In this document: positions 46,440-62,950 of the stretch, one piece after another
How the letters are laid out: every line of letters begins with the position of its first letter
Position numbering within the stretch: position 1 is the stretch's first letter
Assembly (NCBI RefSeq): GCF_027921745.1
Contig: NC_079238.1
Span: 4,092,001-4,156,000 of the forward strand
DNA length: 64,000 bases
Direction: 5' to 3'
Source: Schizosaccharomyces osmophilus
Lineage: Eukaryota
Translations under genes and position numbers: made by a program
The notes under the pieces: generated by a model
Seen by the model: the letters and a program-made list of their open reading frames with translations, nothing else
Told to the model about the DNA's origin: nothing
Database searches by the model: none

Positions 46440-47245
46440 GAAAACAAGATGAAGAAACAGTACGAGATACGACAATAAAGATCAAATATTCAAATTTCTC
46501 ATTACTAGATGAGTTGTAGAAACCCCAATATGTCATGTTTCCTGTCAGAAACCTCGATAAGAATCGACCTTGTTGTTTTTCATCCTTGTGGCCCAATGTA
46601 AATAAACATTACGTCGCTGAAATTTCATAAATAAGAAATAACTAATGTAACTACTATTTTTACGTACAATAAGTTTCTAATTCTCTATTTCTTTGTGAAA
46701 AAGGATGGCTTCTCTGATTTCAAGCTATGTATGCTTTCATGCTGACCGAAGAAGCGCGTTTCAGTAGTATTTGACTTTGAAGACCATTCTTGCAGAAAAG
46801 AAGGTCAAAAAGCCTTTCTTTAACCAAAATAGCCTTCCCCTTGGTATTTTTTCCAGTCTTTTTTTGTTTCCGTTCTACTAATTCTAATTGTATATTTTGT
46901 CTTAAATTTTTATTTATATGGGCTAAATAGCGTATGGTGATACCATTTCCTAAACAGTATACGAATGTTTAACGAGTCACAAAAAAACAAGTTTTCAAAG
47001 GAATTTCTTTTTTGCCTTTTTTTCTTGGATTCTTTGAAAATATTTAAGTTTTGAATAGAAAAACTGAACATCTTTTCCAAAAAGGAGATACATCGTGTAG
47101 TAAGAGAATTCGTGTTTTGCGTACACTTTGGGCCTTGACTTTTACCACCACCAAATCCTTGCAAAATCAAAAAAGTCCCCAAAACACAGCCATTAGGCTT
47201 TTGGTCAGATAATTTAGCAAGAGTGTTTTGAATATAAGGGACGAA

Positions 47246-49546
47246 ATGGCTTCTTTTGGTGAATTGTCCTTATTGGGCGAGGTTTCTGTTTCCTCGACCG
47301 TAGACAAAAAGAATGGATATTGTTCTAGCGGTACTGTGGCTTTAGAAAATGGACAGGAATCATCATCATTTGTAGCAGTACAAATTGAAAAGCATGGGAT
47401 TGAAATCTACAATCTCAAGGAAGAACGCCTGTTTGCGTCTTGCCCATTGCCCGAAAAAACCATTTTCTCCTGTAAGCCCATGTACCTCCATGAGGGAAAT
47501 TCACATTACATTTGGGCCTGTACATCATCTGCGCGAAGCAGGGGAGAATGGAAGTTGTTAAGCTGGAAGTATGATGAACTTAAAGAGCATGGAGAGGTAC
47601 GGTCTCGGGATTTATCAAATAAGCCCATATTTTCTATACACTTCATTGCATCTTCTGGACAGCTAGTACTGGTCTTTACTAATGGAGAAATTTCTTTTCT
47701 TGATCCAGAGGATGATATGATTCAGCCTGCCACCTCCATTCAAGGGTCGGCTAGTTTGGTTCAAACAGGCAGCGTATCCAAGCAAGTTGAACAGAAAACT
47801 GAGGGAACCCCGACTACAGGTAATAACTCTGCAGTCGAGGACGGAATTAGTCAAAGTCAACCTGGTGAAGGTTTGCTACCTTCCGTCAATTCTTCGGCTA
47901 CCACTACAAATATCTATCTCCTTTATGCACTTAGTATTGAGAAGATACAACAGTTTTATGTAAGTGTCTTCTCAACGTCAGAGAAACGATTACTTTATAC
48001 AAAGCCAATTGAGTTAGGTTCTTCTACTCCTCCTATCCATGTTTTGCTTGCAAAAGACTGTGATAACATATTTGGGTTTTTTCCTGACAATATTTTCGTT
48101 TATGCTTCCAATGAATCCAGCGGTTCGTATCAGCGTGTAAAATCCTTTCAATTAGAAAATATGCCGGCTTTATCTAATGTGGATATAATCTTTGATAAAT
48201 TTTGTCTCGTACAAACAAAAAGTCAAGTTTCTATATGGGATTTAACATATGGTACTATTCAAGACGTATTTAACACAGACAATGATACCGCATTCATAAC
48301 AGTGACCATAAACGGGAATCCCTCTAGGAAAAGCAGTTCGAAGATAAACTCAACTGTATCTGGAAATATCATCTTATTACAAAAAAAGGCGATTGCATCA
48401 GTTCCATTTACAATGCCGGCAGTCATGTCTCTTGCAGACGCGATTGGAAAGAGAAAAGCGAAAATAGGTAGAATTTTGACAAAGCCCGAAACTATAGCTG
48501 ATGGTGCTCTTACAAAGTCAAAAAGCAGCGTTACTTTGTGCGAACAATTATTAAAGAATGTGCAACTGCAAGATAACTCCTTACGAAATGAGTTGCATCA
48601 ACTTCAAACATATGTGCAAAACCGAGACGGTGAATCTTTTGATGCCAAGTTCTTGAAGTTTGTTGAAGGATTTCAAACACAAAACTCAACCAACCGAAAG
48701 TTATTAAAAACAAACAGCGTCCTTCCTATTCCGTTCGTCCATGCTATAGAAAGTATTCTCTTTTCTTCTAACGAAGAGCAAGACTTAGATCTCTTGTGCC
48801 CGGCTAAGGCTACTCTAAATTACCTTTTGAGAAATCGTTTGTTCACTTCTTCTATTCTGAGGCTTAATCCTTCAAGATCTCTTTTTAATTGCATTTATAA
48901 ATTCCAAAAAGAGTCGGCACTCTTATTGTTGGAGCGAACTCTTGATCTTCCTGCGTTCGAGGTTGGCTGTGCTATAAAAAAGGCTTTGTCTAGCATGAAG
49001 ACAAAACTTTTAAAAATTGGTCTCCTAAGACTTTCTCAGTTTGATAGCGCAGAAGCTCAAGAAGCATTGCTGCTCACCTTAGCTCAAGAAGATTTTGATT
49101 TACTATTCAAGTTAATTTGTGCTTCCATTACCGGTAAGAAAACGTCGGTTCCTTTGAATCTCGATATGGAGATCCTTATTTATATTGCTTCTACCGTGTT
49201 GGACGCTATGGGTGTTGGTGGTATTGCTGCTAGTACTGAGAATCAAAGTACCGCTCAAGACTTATATTCTGGCTTACAGTCGAAAATTACCTCACTCACT
49301 GCAATGTCTCTTGTTCTCCCTGCTGTTTCTGAGCTCATAAAGCACAGGAAGAAGGATGTGGCCGAAAACACTTTTGTTCACCCCAACCCTCAACCAAAGG
49401 CTGTTATTGATGATAAAGCTGACTTAGCAACCCTTTTGAGAAAGGATGGTTTGGCTGAACAAAGAAAGAACAAGAGTCAAAGAGCTCGTGGTAAAGAGCT
49501 TGATATGACTATAGGAAGATATACTATTGAGCGCCTAGAAATCTAA
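47246..49546 (+). CDS. utp8: Probable Utp8/NOL11-like SSU processome (t-UTP) subunit
   Basis: About 766 aa; beta-propeller-like N-half (IWDLTYGTIQ, SLADAIGK) and C-terminal IGRYTIERLEI motif; syntenic position. First ATG at 47246. Confidence 0.65.
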   Translation: MASFGELSLLGEVSVSSTVDKKNGYCSSGTVALENGQESSSFVAVQIEKHGIEIYNLKEERLFASCPLPEKTIFSCKPMYLHEGNSHYIWACTSSARSRGEWKLLSWKYDELKEHGEVRSRDLSNKPIFSIHFIASSGQLVLVFTNGEISFLDPEDDMIQPATSIQGSASLVQTGSVSKQVEQKTEGTPTTGNNSAVEDGISQSQPGEGLLPSVNSSATTTNIYLLYALSIEKIQQFYVSVFSTSEKRLLYTKPIELGSSTPPIHVLLAKDCDNIFGFFPDNIFVYASNESSGSYQRVKSFQLENMPALSNVDIIFDKFCLVQTKSQVSIWDLTYGTIQDVFNTDNDTAFITVTINGNPSRKSSSKINSTVSGNIILLQKKAIASVPFTMPAVMSLADAIGKRKAKIGRILTKPETIADGALTKSKSSVTLCEQLLKNVQLQDNSLRNELHQLQTYVQNRDGESFDAKFLKFVEGFQTQNSTNRKLLKTNSVLPIPFVHAIESILFSSNEEQDLDLLCPAKATLNYLLRNRLFTSSILRLNPSRSLFNCIYKFQKESALLLLERTLDLPAFEVGCAIKKALSSMKTKLLKIGLLRLSQFDSAEAQEALLLTLAQEDFDLLFKLICASITGKKTSVPLNLDMEILIYIASTVLDAMGVGGIAASTENQSTAQDLYSGLQSKITSLTAMSLVLPAVSELIKHRKKDVAENTFVHPNPQPKAVIDDKADLATLLRKDGLAEQRKNKSQRARGKELDMTIGRYTIERLEI

Positions 49547-49867
49547 CTAGCAATCTAGTAAAAAAAAATTTTGCAGTGTTTAATAATTAGGGTGTATTAT
49601 GGAATAAAATTTTTTTTGTTTAATGGGAGAAAATATCGTGGCTGGAAGTAAAGTTATACTAGCTATTCGATGCGCTTCTGTTAGCTTTTATTATAACTTT
49701 AGAGAATGGGGTCATTGCTCGGGCTGATTATTCTTTTATTTTTCTGGCAATGACTGAGGAGTAAGATGATATAGAGATTATGAAGACAAAAAACGAATGA
49801 GTATAAATAACTGAAGGGTATATGGTGACAAAATTAAACGTAAAAAGAGTCCAAAAGAATAAAAAAG

Positions 49868-50695
49868 TTAATGCTCTACGTATTCCAAAATTGGATCTCC
49901 AATATTCTTAATTTCCGGAATCGTACATTTCAAGTCAAAAACTTTGGCAAGGACGATTTTAAATATCTAACTGTTAGAAGAAGTAACACTTTCCCTTGAC
50001 GTACTTTCTGAACATTGATAGAATGAGATGTCGAACAGAAGATTAAACTTGCTTTCATAGCTTTGGCATATCGACGAGCCTGGGAATTAGTTCTGTTATT
50101 CATCTGCTTTGAATTTTGGAAATCACATACCTGCTTTGTTATTTCTTCTTGATCCTCCCGAGGAAATTTCATAAAATGATCGTATTTTGTGCCTATAAGG
50201 ATAGGTACAGCAGTCTTGAAAAGTTAGCCTACACCAAAGCTCTATAGTAAAGTAGTTGCAAACAATACATGTGTATGTATTGTTCTTGAACGCGCGTTGT
50301 GACATACCTTATTGAAACCACGGGCTTGACGGTACCATTCTTTAATAGAATTCAGGGTCGACTTTCTGGACAAATCGAACATAAACAAAATAGCAACAGC
50401 ATCATTGCAAACCATAGGAAGCATATTCACAAACTCTCTTTGACCACCCAAATCCCAAATTGAAAAGGTAATTTCTGTATTTCGAATACTGATTGTTTTC
50501 TCCATAAAATTAACACCTGTATTTAGTTCATTAGTATCTCGTCCTTTAAAGCTTGACTGCTTTACCTAAAGTTTGAGTACTTTCTTCGTCAAACGATCCT
50601 TGAACGTATGTGACCATTAACGAGGTTTTTCCAATTGAACTGTCCCCGATCATCCCAACTTTTATCGTAACATTGTTTTTATTTGCTTCAGCCAT
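49868..50695 (-). CDS. spg1: Septation initiation network GTPase Spg1 (Tem1 ortholog); exons 50566-50695, 50308-50516, 50131-50214, 50005-50079, 49868-49966
   Basis: [60 protein letters not shown]; four canonical introns. Confidence 0.95.
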
Positions 50696-50991
50696 CTTTT
50701 AAAAGCACAAAGCCCTTGTGTCTAGGTCTTGCAAAAAGTAAATAGATTCAAGTTCGAGTTACTCCAAAAGTGTACCTAAATAAGGAGCAGTTTTAAGTCT
50801 CGCAATTTCATCAAGTAGGTGTACGCGAATTATTAATATTATTGTAGAGTTATTATGGATTCTTTAAATTCAAGTATAAATAAATTCATTTCAAGCCGTA
50901 CTAGCTATTCTTGTAGAATTTCAAAATCTATTTAACAATATCACAGTAGCGAGTAGAGTGCATCAAATTGTTTTGATCTTTGCTAGTTAGC

Positions 50992-53900
50992 TTATACGAT
51001 CTTTAGGCCTTTCAATTCATTTTCCACATTCAAGTACTCTAGAGCATACGGACCTTTCCTAGTCTCGTTGTCTAAAGCCAAAACTTCCGGACTGTTGTAT
51101 TTTGCTTTCATAGAGATCACAACTCTTAGCGCAGCACGAACCAAATCATGAATATTATCCGAATCCGTCTTTAGCGATTTCTCAGTCGATTGTTTTTTCA
51201 GAATAATCTTCAATGGTTCTAGTACAAGATTTAGTCGTTGAAATACTTCCAACGAACTGACATCGATCAATTTCTCTAAAATGGAGATAGAAAGCAAATT
51301 AATGTACTGTTCATCCTCAAGTCCCATCGAAATAATTTGCATTAATATATCTATCTTGTTTTTCGACTCTGGAAACTCGAGTAAAGAGTACACAATTTCA
51401 AAAACGAGTTGTCTTTGTAGCAGACAATCATCAACTTTATGTTGAAAAGGTCCCATTTGTACAGTTCGTATATTATTAGGGTCCACAGATGATTTAGAGT
51501 ATAAAGCAGATATAAGATCAGTAAATATTTCTTCAATATACTTAGGCTTATTTCTGATTGCGGTCAGTAATAGCTGCAGGGCTTCTTCGCGAACATGAAC
51601 ATCCGAATCACTAAATAGTTTATAAACACTCAAAAAGGTTGTTTTCTCTGCACTACGCCATTTTCGATGTTGATAAGAAAGGCTAAACCGAAGAATGCTT
51701 AAAGCTTGCATTTTTGACTCAGATGTGTCTTTTTCTGAAAGCTCCAAAAGTTTAGGGTATAGGTTGACAGAATCTTGTAGTAAAAGTAATCCTAAACATT
51801 CTGAAACATGCAGTTTAGCAACGTTTTCATCTCCTAAATACCGACATACAGTAGTCCATATGTTTTCGGCAGTCTCTGCTTTCAATTGAATTTTTAAAAC
51901 ATTTATGAAAGATGTTAACAAAAGGTCCCGAGAATAAGTATCCGAGTCATATAATGTACATAACGTTTGAACCAAAAATTCATCTTTCGTAGCCAGTTTT
52001 CCAACTCCTAATGCCGCAGCTTGGGTTATCTCTTCATTAGGTGAATTTAGTTGATTCGTTAAGGCTTCAAAGTAGCTTCCTATATTCTGATTGTTTTCGG
52101 AAAACACCATCGAAGCAACAAAGCAGATACAGAATATCTTTCGACGTTTTTCTGATTTAGGGCTCTGCAAATCGTCAAATACCCTTTGCGAAATGCCAGT
52201 ATTTGCAGATAATACTGTGAGTCTATTTGCTATTAAACCGATGACAAAAGATTCTTGCAATGATTTTTCAAATGTGCCTAGTTGGTTAATAAATTCGGCA
52301 ACTGGTTCCTTGTCAAGAATCTTATATGCCAGTTTCACAGAAGATTCAATGAAATCTGAATTTTCCGGAATCTCTTTATGTTCTAAAAATGAAATGAAAC
52401 CCGATAATATGGTGCCACGATAATTCTTCAAATATTCAATGGGTATCTCCAATAGGCAATCGTATTTTGCGATAATAGCTTCAGGTTCTAATAATTCCAA
52501 GTGAATTAAGAATTCAGTCAATTCATTCGTCTTATCTTCTGCGAGAATGTAAGGCAAAGTTGAAAGTACAACTCGCAATAAACGTAAACTATTAATAACA
52601 AGTGACAAATCAGCTTTCTTTGCGTATAGAACGCAAGAGGCGAGGATCTTTTGTAATAATGTTTTTTGATTTTCTTTTAGCAGATCGAGACTTCTGGACT
52701 TTGAAAATATTTCAGTAAGAGCACTCGCAGCTTGAAGGCGAGTAGGTTCCTCATCAATTTTGTCTGCTAAAAGTGAAACCAGGGAGTACAAGAACTCCGA
52801 GGATATGAGACCTTGGTAATAAATTATTGTTTTTGTTATAAATTTGATTAATGATATCCTGATACGTTGATCCAGGTTCCTTGACGAAAGAAGTTCTATG
52901 TTAGCGTTCACCATTTGCAATATTTCATCCCGAAGAACGTTAGGAGCAACACGTGCGTAGTATTCACATTGAAGTATTTCTGCTTGAATAGCTTTGAAGA
53001 CTAGTTCGAGATATTTATCTTGAGAAGCCGAAATCAGGAGAGATGTTACTAAGGGTTGAAGCTTTTCCAGAAATTCAGGCTTTACATTCGAGGAAACGAT
53101 CACAGAAATTAAGTTCACGACATCGAGCTTCACTCTTAATTCCAATGTTTTATAATTTTGAAAGGAATCTAAAATTGACATTAATCCAACAAAATGGTTA
53201 TCGAGCTTATCTGGGACCGTCCGGAAAATGTGAGATGCTAAATTAACCAAACCAATTTTGACTGACAATGGTGATTTTTTTGATAACTTTTGATAATAAG
53301 TACATAAAGAAGGAAGTGATTTTGCAAAAATCTCATCGGGTGTACTGTTCGAAAGCGATGAAAGCTCTGAAAATTTCCTTTTTCCCTTAGGCTTAGAATT
53401 TTCTAATTTCCAAACAGATATTTGATCGCAAAATAACTCGAGAAATCCGATTGCAGAAGCTTTAACATTTTCTTCTCTGTCAGACAGAGCTTTAACAATA
53501 AATTCTCCGAAATCCTCCCATAAGACACTTAGCAGTTCGACATGAAAAGTTACTAACGAGGAGGCAACTGAGATTGCCTCCCTTCTAATCAACCATGCAC
53601 TGTCTTCTTCATCTTCGTACATACTTCCAAAATCTTCTTCGTCGTCAAAATCTTCCATACCTTCCTCATCTGAAACATCTGAAACGATATTGGGGTCAAA
53701 TTGAATCTTTTCCTTCAAAATACTGATCAATTCTTTACATGTATTTTCAACAATAGAATTTTGAGATTTTACCAAAAGCGATAGAGTATTCAGCAGTAAT
53801 TGTACAGTGTCGAAAGAATCATAATCATCCTTTAATAAATTTAATATAACTGGAAGATAACCTGGCGCAGATGCGGAAAACTTATTCGAATGTTCCGAAG

Positions 53901-54694
53901 AGCTGTTTGCTGATGTAATAAACAATTGGTTAAGTAAAAGAACGGATGTATGCAGATTGGATTTGGATGGTTTATCCATCAATTGCTCCTTCAAAATATG
54001 AAGAAGTGTATTTAAACATTGTTCAGGCCCATAAATGGATAATATGCACACACAGTTTATAGACTTCTTCGATATTGAGACACGCGCAGAATTGTTACTG
54101 TAGTTTTGGAATATCTGGAAAGAAGCAGATGCAACATTGGTTGACAAAGCTGAAAGCGATGAAGTGTAAAGTTCCATTGAGTCATTTGCAAGTGATAAAA
54201 GGCTTAAAGATTCCTCCGAATCGGTATTCTGAGTTTCTAATAAATCAATGATTCTGGGATATATTTTTGTATGATACAAAAGGGTCAAACTGGATTGTGC
54301 ATCTGCTTGAGACAGAATCATCCACAATGCAGCTATATAATTCTTTTCATAGCTTTTTGAGTACTCAATTAAGAGTTGATCAACTAAGTATTCCAATGTT
54401 TGATCAGAAATTTTTATAGACACTGATGAAACACATTGTGCAGCTTCTTGTTGTACCTCAGGAGCAGGGTCTTTCAAAGCTTGAATTAGAGTGACTATAA
54501 AATTTTGACTGGAAAATGTTTCCGCAATGTTTGAACGCTTTTCACTACTGATTTTATTTCCCAAGTCACTCAATGCCATGTAGCGTAAGTCCTTGTCGGA
54601 ACCTTGTCTTTGTTAGCAAGAAACTAAACCATTAAATGATAATTCAACAAAACTCACTTTGTAAATATTTTTGAAGCAGTCTATCCTCCGCCAT
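50992..54694 (-). CDS. knd1: Cullin-associated NEDD8-dissociated protein (CAND1/TIP120) HEAT-repeat protein; exons 54658-54694, 50992-54602
   Basis: SSDKDLRYMALSDL N-terminus, EDSAWLIRREA, DREENVK, IRTVQMGPFQHKVDD beta-hairpin. Confidence 0.92.
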
Positions 54695-55551
54695 AGTTCT
54701 TTCATAAAATGTCTAGAAGCCCTGTGGATGATACGTACTTGTTCTGTACAAAGCTGCTCAACATCAGCAAGTCTAAATGAGCTTCGATGGGAGTAACGAA
54801 ACAGAAAAATGCAAAAAAAAAATATTATATCTTTTGAAATGTTCAATGCTCTTGTAATTCCTACATATCGACCACTGGATAATGTAATCATGCTAATATA
54901 AATATGCTTAGTTTTATTCAGTATCCTAAAATATATACATAAGCATATGAGTATATTTTCTTGGTATCATTATAAAGAAAGAAAATGCCGTACGCTCATT
55001 GCAAAAATCCCAAAAATCGGTTTCCAAGAGACTTTTACAGCTCCAATTTACTCTCTATAATGAAACCAATGAAAGACTTTTAGAGTATGCCATTTCTAGA
55101 ATATGAAAATACACTGTCTGTAGAACACAAAAATGACATGAATTTGAGGATACCGGAATTGTAGTTGAAAACAAGAATTACTTTTATTTTTAACACTGAT
55201 TTGCTTCTATAATAATTGAAAGAAAATTTTGTAAAATGTTGTTTTCAATCTTCAACATCTTTTGTTTATTTACAATGTAGTATGGACTCACTATTGTAAC
55301 TCCTTCGGGATCCTTCTCGGGTTCCTAAACGTAGTGGGAACTGATGTAAGCAAATACCATGGAAAGGATTGGAATCTAAAATAACTTTTAAAGTAGACGA
55401 GAAGAAGGATTGAAATTTATACAGAAAAAAGTAGATAAAATGTAAATTTAGAACAAAAAAAAATCTCAAACGTAATTTAGTTGTATAAACGTATATATCT
55501 GCTTATATATATAAGATGTGATCATTTGAATTGTAAGACGAACCATCTACC

Positions 55552-58040
<2,489 letters not shown>

Positions 58041-60143
58041 AAAAAAACTAATTGTATGAATATATATCCTGATGACCTTTGATTTCGTTTTGACAATGAG
58101 GATGATATTTGAGAAGTTGTAATGATTTACTGTCTACTACGAGAGCGCTAGATTTTTGTGATGTAGTGTGAAGAAAAATAAATATTATTTGATTCTTGAT
58201 GGATCTTGGACGCGATGCGAAAGCGATGTAAATTGCAAATTGCAAAGCTAAGTAATTGTAAAGGAGTAGTAGAAAATAGAATCGTGTAATATGAGAGAAG
58301 ATGGAGAGGAGTTTGCTTGTAGGGTAAGACTGGTGTAATAGAATTGTATAAATTGCATTCCATCAGGTATTAAGTACGGCGAGCATGCAAGCAAACAAAA
58401 AAAAAAACAAGAAGATTATCGCCGATCACGGGGGATTAGGAGTCTACATTGATAAAAATTGTGTTATTGGGAAAATGTAATCAGAAAGAAAAGCAAATGT
58501 AATAGACAAGTTGTACATTAGACAGGTGATCCTACAATACAAGAAATTCATTCATTTAGAGGATTTTCGATGGTAAATATGTCTAAAACTGCTTATCCCC
58601 ATAAGCGACATCTTATGAGGAAGTGTTTACCCACAAATATAAATAAATATGGAGGAAGCTCCACACTTGAGTAAAACAACGTGCTCCCTAATGTCTTTAA
58701 GTGTTCGCTACCTGGAATGAGCTTTTGGATGGATTGTTACTTGGGAGGGTTTACAACATAAAATGGTGGTAGAACGAATTAACGACAACCCAAATTAAAC
58801 GAGATACGACTAAAAGTCGAGAAAGCAGGTGTTTCGTGTGAAAATAAGCTGAAAAGGACGAAAATTGGATTGTCACAGTGTAACATAAAAGCTGGATTTT
58901 GGTATTTTTTAACTGAACACGAAAACAGTTTGCCACTGTTAAATACTGCCAGTAGGTCGTTTGCGAGTATATCGCAAGTTAAAGGACTTTATATCATTGA
59001 AAAGGAGGCTACTTATAGCGCCGGTCTGAAAGGTTTGGTTTTTTTTTGAAGGCGAAATCAGAGAACGGATAATATATCCAACAAGAATCAGTCGTTTGGA
59101 GCAGTATAACCATAGTTATATGTGTTCAGTGTGACGCGCGAAGTTTTCCTTCTTCCATATCATATTTTATATCAAACACTTCGTCGCCCTTTTTTTTTTC
59201 TCAATTCTACTGCTTTGTGTAGTTTAGTTTTTTTGTCTTTTGCCAGTTCGGTTGTATGAATTGCGTTGAATTCAAGCTAAAGTAAAAGAATCTTCATTGT
59301 TTCTTTTATTTTTTAATTACTTTTATTGCTTCTCTATCGTTATTTATTCGACGTTGGCGGTGTTGTTTGTGTTCTCATCTTCGATATCTCGACTTCTCTA
59401 TAAACACATCGTTCTCTATACGCTCCTTTAAGTTTCGCAATTCTCAACGATATAATTGGATGGTTTTGCATCTGTGGGTGTTTTGGTGTTAATTTATACC
59501 GAACTCTGTATCTTCATCCTATTTAGGTTTGTTTTTGTTTAAGGAAACGTTCCTCTCTTTCCTTTCTGCATAAACCCCCTTCTTTATCTATTTTTCCATC
59601 CTTGATCTACTCCATAACTCACTTCTCTTCTCTTTTTTTCCTTTTTTGTACCTTCTTACCATCTTTCTTTTCTCGATCGTTCGCATTACCCACTCATTCG
59701 TAGTGTCTTTGATTACCTTCAACATTTCTATAACTTCTGGTGTTGTTCTAGAGACCTTATATTTCATCAAGATTTATTTTCCTGCGCCATATAATTGTTA
59801 TACCTGTTTTCTTTCTTCTTCTTCTTCTCTTATAAATCTCCTATCACCTTTGTTCTAAAGCAGTGTATTCCTTTACAAATTGTAATTAATCCAAATTGGT
59901 TGCTGATTTCTAATTCTCTTTTAATTTTCCTTTCAGCGATTCAGAATGAACTAAACTATTCATACAGCTCCGTCTAATTCTCGTCATCAGCATGCTTCCG
60001 GTGTTAGTGCTGCAAATACAAATGGTTTGGTTCCAACTCCTACAGGAGTCTCAAATGCTCAGACAAAGGAAACTGTACCTTTAACAAATAATACTAATAA
60101 CCAGTCAAAGTTAGTACCAGATCAGTCGAAGGGCTCCAATTTT

Positions 60144-61724
60144 ATGAGTACCACTCAGAAAACCAAGAAGGATGCCAATGGATCTACTCAAAAGGTGAAG
60201 CAATATGTTTGCACAATTTGCTCCCGTGCTTTTGCACGTTTGGAACATCTGAAGAGACATATTCGTTCTCATACCAATGAAAAGCCTTTTGTTTGTCAGG
60301 AAATTGATGGTTTGTCCATTGGTTGTGGCCGTCTGTTTTCTAGACGTGATTTACTTCTTCGACATCAACAAAAAATCCATAAAAATCCTCAACCAAGAAG
60401 ACGAAGACGTTCGACTAACTCTATTCCCAATATGACAGTTGCTGATGCTCAGTCTTTTATCTCAAATATGAACGCTCCCAACAAACGCACGCTACCTCAG
60501 CCTTCCACTACTACCGATTCCGTCAGATTCTCTAATTTACAACCTTCGAATCAACCTTCGGTTCCTTCTCCTTCTGCATCTTCCCTGTACTCCAATACTG
60601 GTTGGCTTGAATCACAAAAGCAACGTTTAGTATCTGCTGTTAATGTTGGTGATGCTGTAGCTTCTAGTTTACCTTCAAGTTCGTTTCCTTCATCCGAAGG
60701 TTACCCCGTATCAGATTCCTCTTTCGGTTTGCCAGACAATTCTTTGTTTTTTCGACGTGCAACTATTGCCCAAGAGCTATTTCCACCCGCCCATTACCAA
60801 CCAGCGTCTGGTTTGTACGATCAGAAAGGGCCGCCTGGTTGTAATTTTCCATCTTTTGAGGATGACCCCTCTTTATTACCATATCCCTCATTTTCCAAGA
60901 ACGCTAGTTCAAGTACTTATTGGAATAAACTGACTGTTCCTGAAACTATTCCTGAGGGTCATGAAGTGGATAAATCCGATTGGGGACATTTTTCTGATCC
61001 GTTGTCCGTTCCAGTGTCTCAGGGTCTGAATTCAAATGACATTTTTGCATTTTTCCAGCCATCACCTCATCCATCACCTAAAGAAGCCAGCAACACGAAT
61101 ACCCCTAATAATTATCTGGTAGAGCCATCTAATAACTCTAATACAAGCTCAGTTGATTACGTTCGGCCAGATAATATTGAGAATTCTGCCACTAATGCTG
61201 TGTCACCAATGGGAAGTGTTTTCTCTCCTAGCTACTATAGTCCTGATTCTATGTTGCAATCTTCTATGGCGGTCAGTCCAACAACTACCATGCCTCCGAA
61301 CATGCGAATGGCATCATTTGGAAGTGTGGATGCAAACTTGGCTTCAGATGTGTATGGCACAGATGCGTTTCCGCCAAGAGGGTTTGTAGACATGAATGGA
61401 ATGAAAGGTTTTGAGAACCCAGAAAGATTGGCATCGACTCCAAGCAGGAATTCAAACACTTACCTTGGTCCGGTTGGTGAGGACTATACTGATATAATTA
61501 ACGGTGGATTAGCCCAAGAAATGCTGTACGCGGAAAATAATGAGTATCCACAGGACAGATATAATCCTAATATGGCAAATAATTGTGAAACTTACAGCCC
61601 TCACCCTCCTTTTCACCGTAATAGTGCTTCTAATTGGTCTTCTGGTATGGATTATATCTCCTCCAGCATACCGAATTTTAGTACAGGTTTGGAACAGCCA
61701 CCTGAACATGCTACGTTTTATTGA
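60144..61724 (+). CDS. rst2: C2H2 zinc-finger transcription factor Rst2 (Adr1-like); start uncertain (frame open from 59955, first in-frame ATG at 60144)
   Basis: [54 protein letters not shown]-type RRRRRST and RRAT sites; lies between cdc48 and fsv1. Confidence 0.9.
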   Translation: MSTTQKTKKDANGSTQKVKQYVCTICSRAFARLEHLKRHIRSHTNEKPFVCQEIDGLSIGCGRLFSRRDLLLRHQQKIHKNPQPRRRRRSTNSIPNMTVADAQSFISNMNAPNKRTLPQPSTTTDSVRFSNLQPSNQPSVPSPSASSLYSNTGWLESQKQRLVSAVNVGDAVASSLPSSSFPSSEGYPVSDSSFGLPDNSLFFRRATIAQELFPPAHYQPASGLYDQKGPPGCNFPSFEDDPSLLPYPSFSKNASSSTYWNKLTVPETIPEGHEVDKSDWGHFSDPLSVPVSQGLNSNDIFAFFQPSPHPSPKEASNTNTPNNYLVEPSNNSNTSSVDYVRPDNIENSATNAVSPMGSVFSPSYYSPDSMLQSSMAVSPTTTMPPNMRMASFGSVDANLASDVYGTDAFPPRGFVDMNGMKGFENPERLASTPSRNSNTYLGPVGEDYTDIINGGLAQEMLYAENNEYPQDRYNPNMANNCETYSPHPPFHRNSASNWSSGMDYISSSIPNFSTGLEQPPEHATFY

Positions 61725-62236
61725 TATATTTGATTTTTATTTTTTATATCTAATTTTTCTAAATTCCTTGATGTTTAATTAATTTTACCAAAAAAAAACA
61801 CAAAAAAAAAGAAAAAAAGAAAGGAAAGACGTTTCGGCTCATATTTTTTGACAACTAAATACTTTGGAGACAGCAACATTCATAAAAAGTTAATTTAATT
61901 TAATGTTTTTGCTTTTAGCAGTTCATGTAGGAAAGAGTAACTTGTATATCCAACATGGAAAACAATGGTTTTTCGAATTTGATGAAGTGTTTTAGGATGT
62001 TATTGCAAGCAGTCAGTCATAGGAAGTTTTCGTTTTTTTTTTTTTTTTGTCTATTCTATTAGCGTACTTAATAATTGTAAGTAGGAATTAGAATGCATAT
62101 AGACATAAGGAAACGAATAAAAGAATTTATGAGCATCTAAATTTACAAAACGTATTCTTGCAGTGGAAACATGAACGTACATAGAAAAGAGGAAGCTAAG
62201 AAGGGAAGAGGCATAACGAAAGCATGAATAAAGACA

Positions 62237-62950
62237 TTAAATAAAACAAACCAAAATGAGCAAGAAACAAAGGAAAAGAATAATACAACAACGTGGATAT
62301 TGTTTTGCTTTGTGGGTTACTTTTTTCAAGCGATTTCTTGCCAAACCTAGTCGTTTGTCCACCCGATCTGCATCTTCACCCATATGGTCGATGAGCTCAT
62401 TATGTTCTCCCAGTTCATCGTTCATTAAATAACCCAATTGCTTTTGTCTTCGAACGCTACTCTCAATTCCACCTAGCGACTCTTCTTGTTCATTGAGCAT
62501 TTGCTCGTGCATCTGAGACAGTAAGTTGACATCAACTGGATTTGGATCGTTTCCGTCGAATTGATAAATGGATTCCATTTCAATATCTGAATGGTTCGAC
62601 GTTATATCTGAAGTCAATGGAGCAGTACCAGCCTGTTTGGATGCGTAGGAAGATTGAATTTTTGGACCTTGGGAAGCAGCATTCCGTTTTTTGAGCAACA
62701 TTTCCTCTGCCGACTCAACCCGCCGCTGGATACGAATCAGAAAAGCTTCAGACTCTCGAAGTCTGTATTCAGGAATTTGAGCATTCTGTTCTAACCTTGT
62801 TTGTTCTTGACTTAAATGTTGTAATTGTTTGTTGATGTCTTGTAAAGAGGCATCGATCTCTTCATCTGGGGAGTTTCCAAACTCAATTAATCTCTCGTAA
62901 TCATTGATTTTTTTGGTTGTTGAATCCACTAGCAGCAGTAGCTTCGACAT
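62237..62950 (-). CDS. fsv1: Qc-SNARE Fsv1 (syntaxin-8-like)
   Basis: 237 aa; SNARE coil QMLNEQEESLGGIESSVRRQKQLGYLMNDELGEHNELID and C-terminal TM. Confidence 0.88.
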   Translation of the reverse strand: MSKLLLLVDSTTKKINDYERLIEFGNSPDEEIDASLQDINKQLQHLSQEQTRLEQNAQIPEYRLRESEAFLIRIQRRVESAEEMLLKKRNAASQGPKIQSSYASKQAGTAPLTSDITSNHSDIEMESIYQFDGNDPNPVDVNLLSQMHEQMLNEQEESLGGIESSVRRQKQLGYLMNDELGEHNELIDHMGEDADRVDKRLGLARNRLKKVTHKAKQYPRCCIILFLCFLLILVCFI

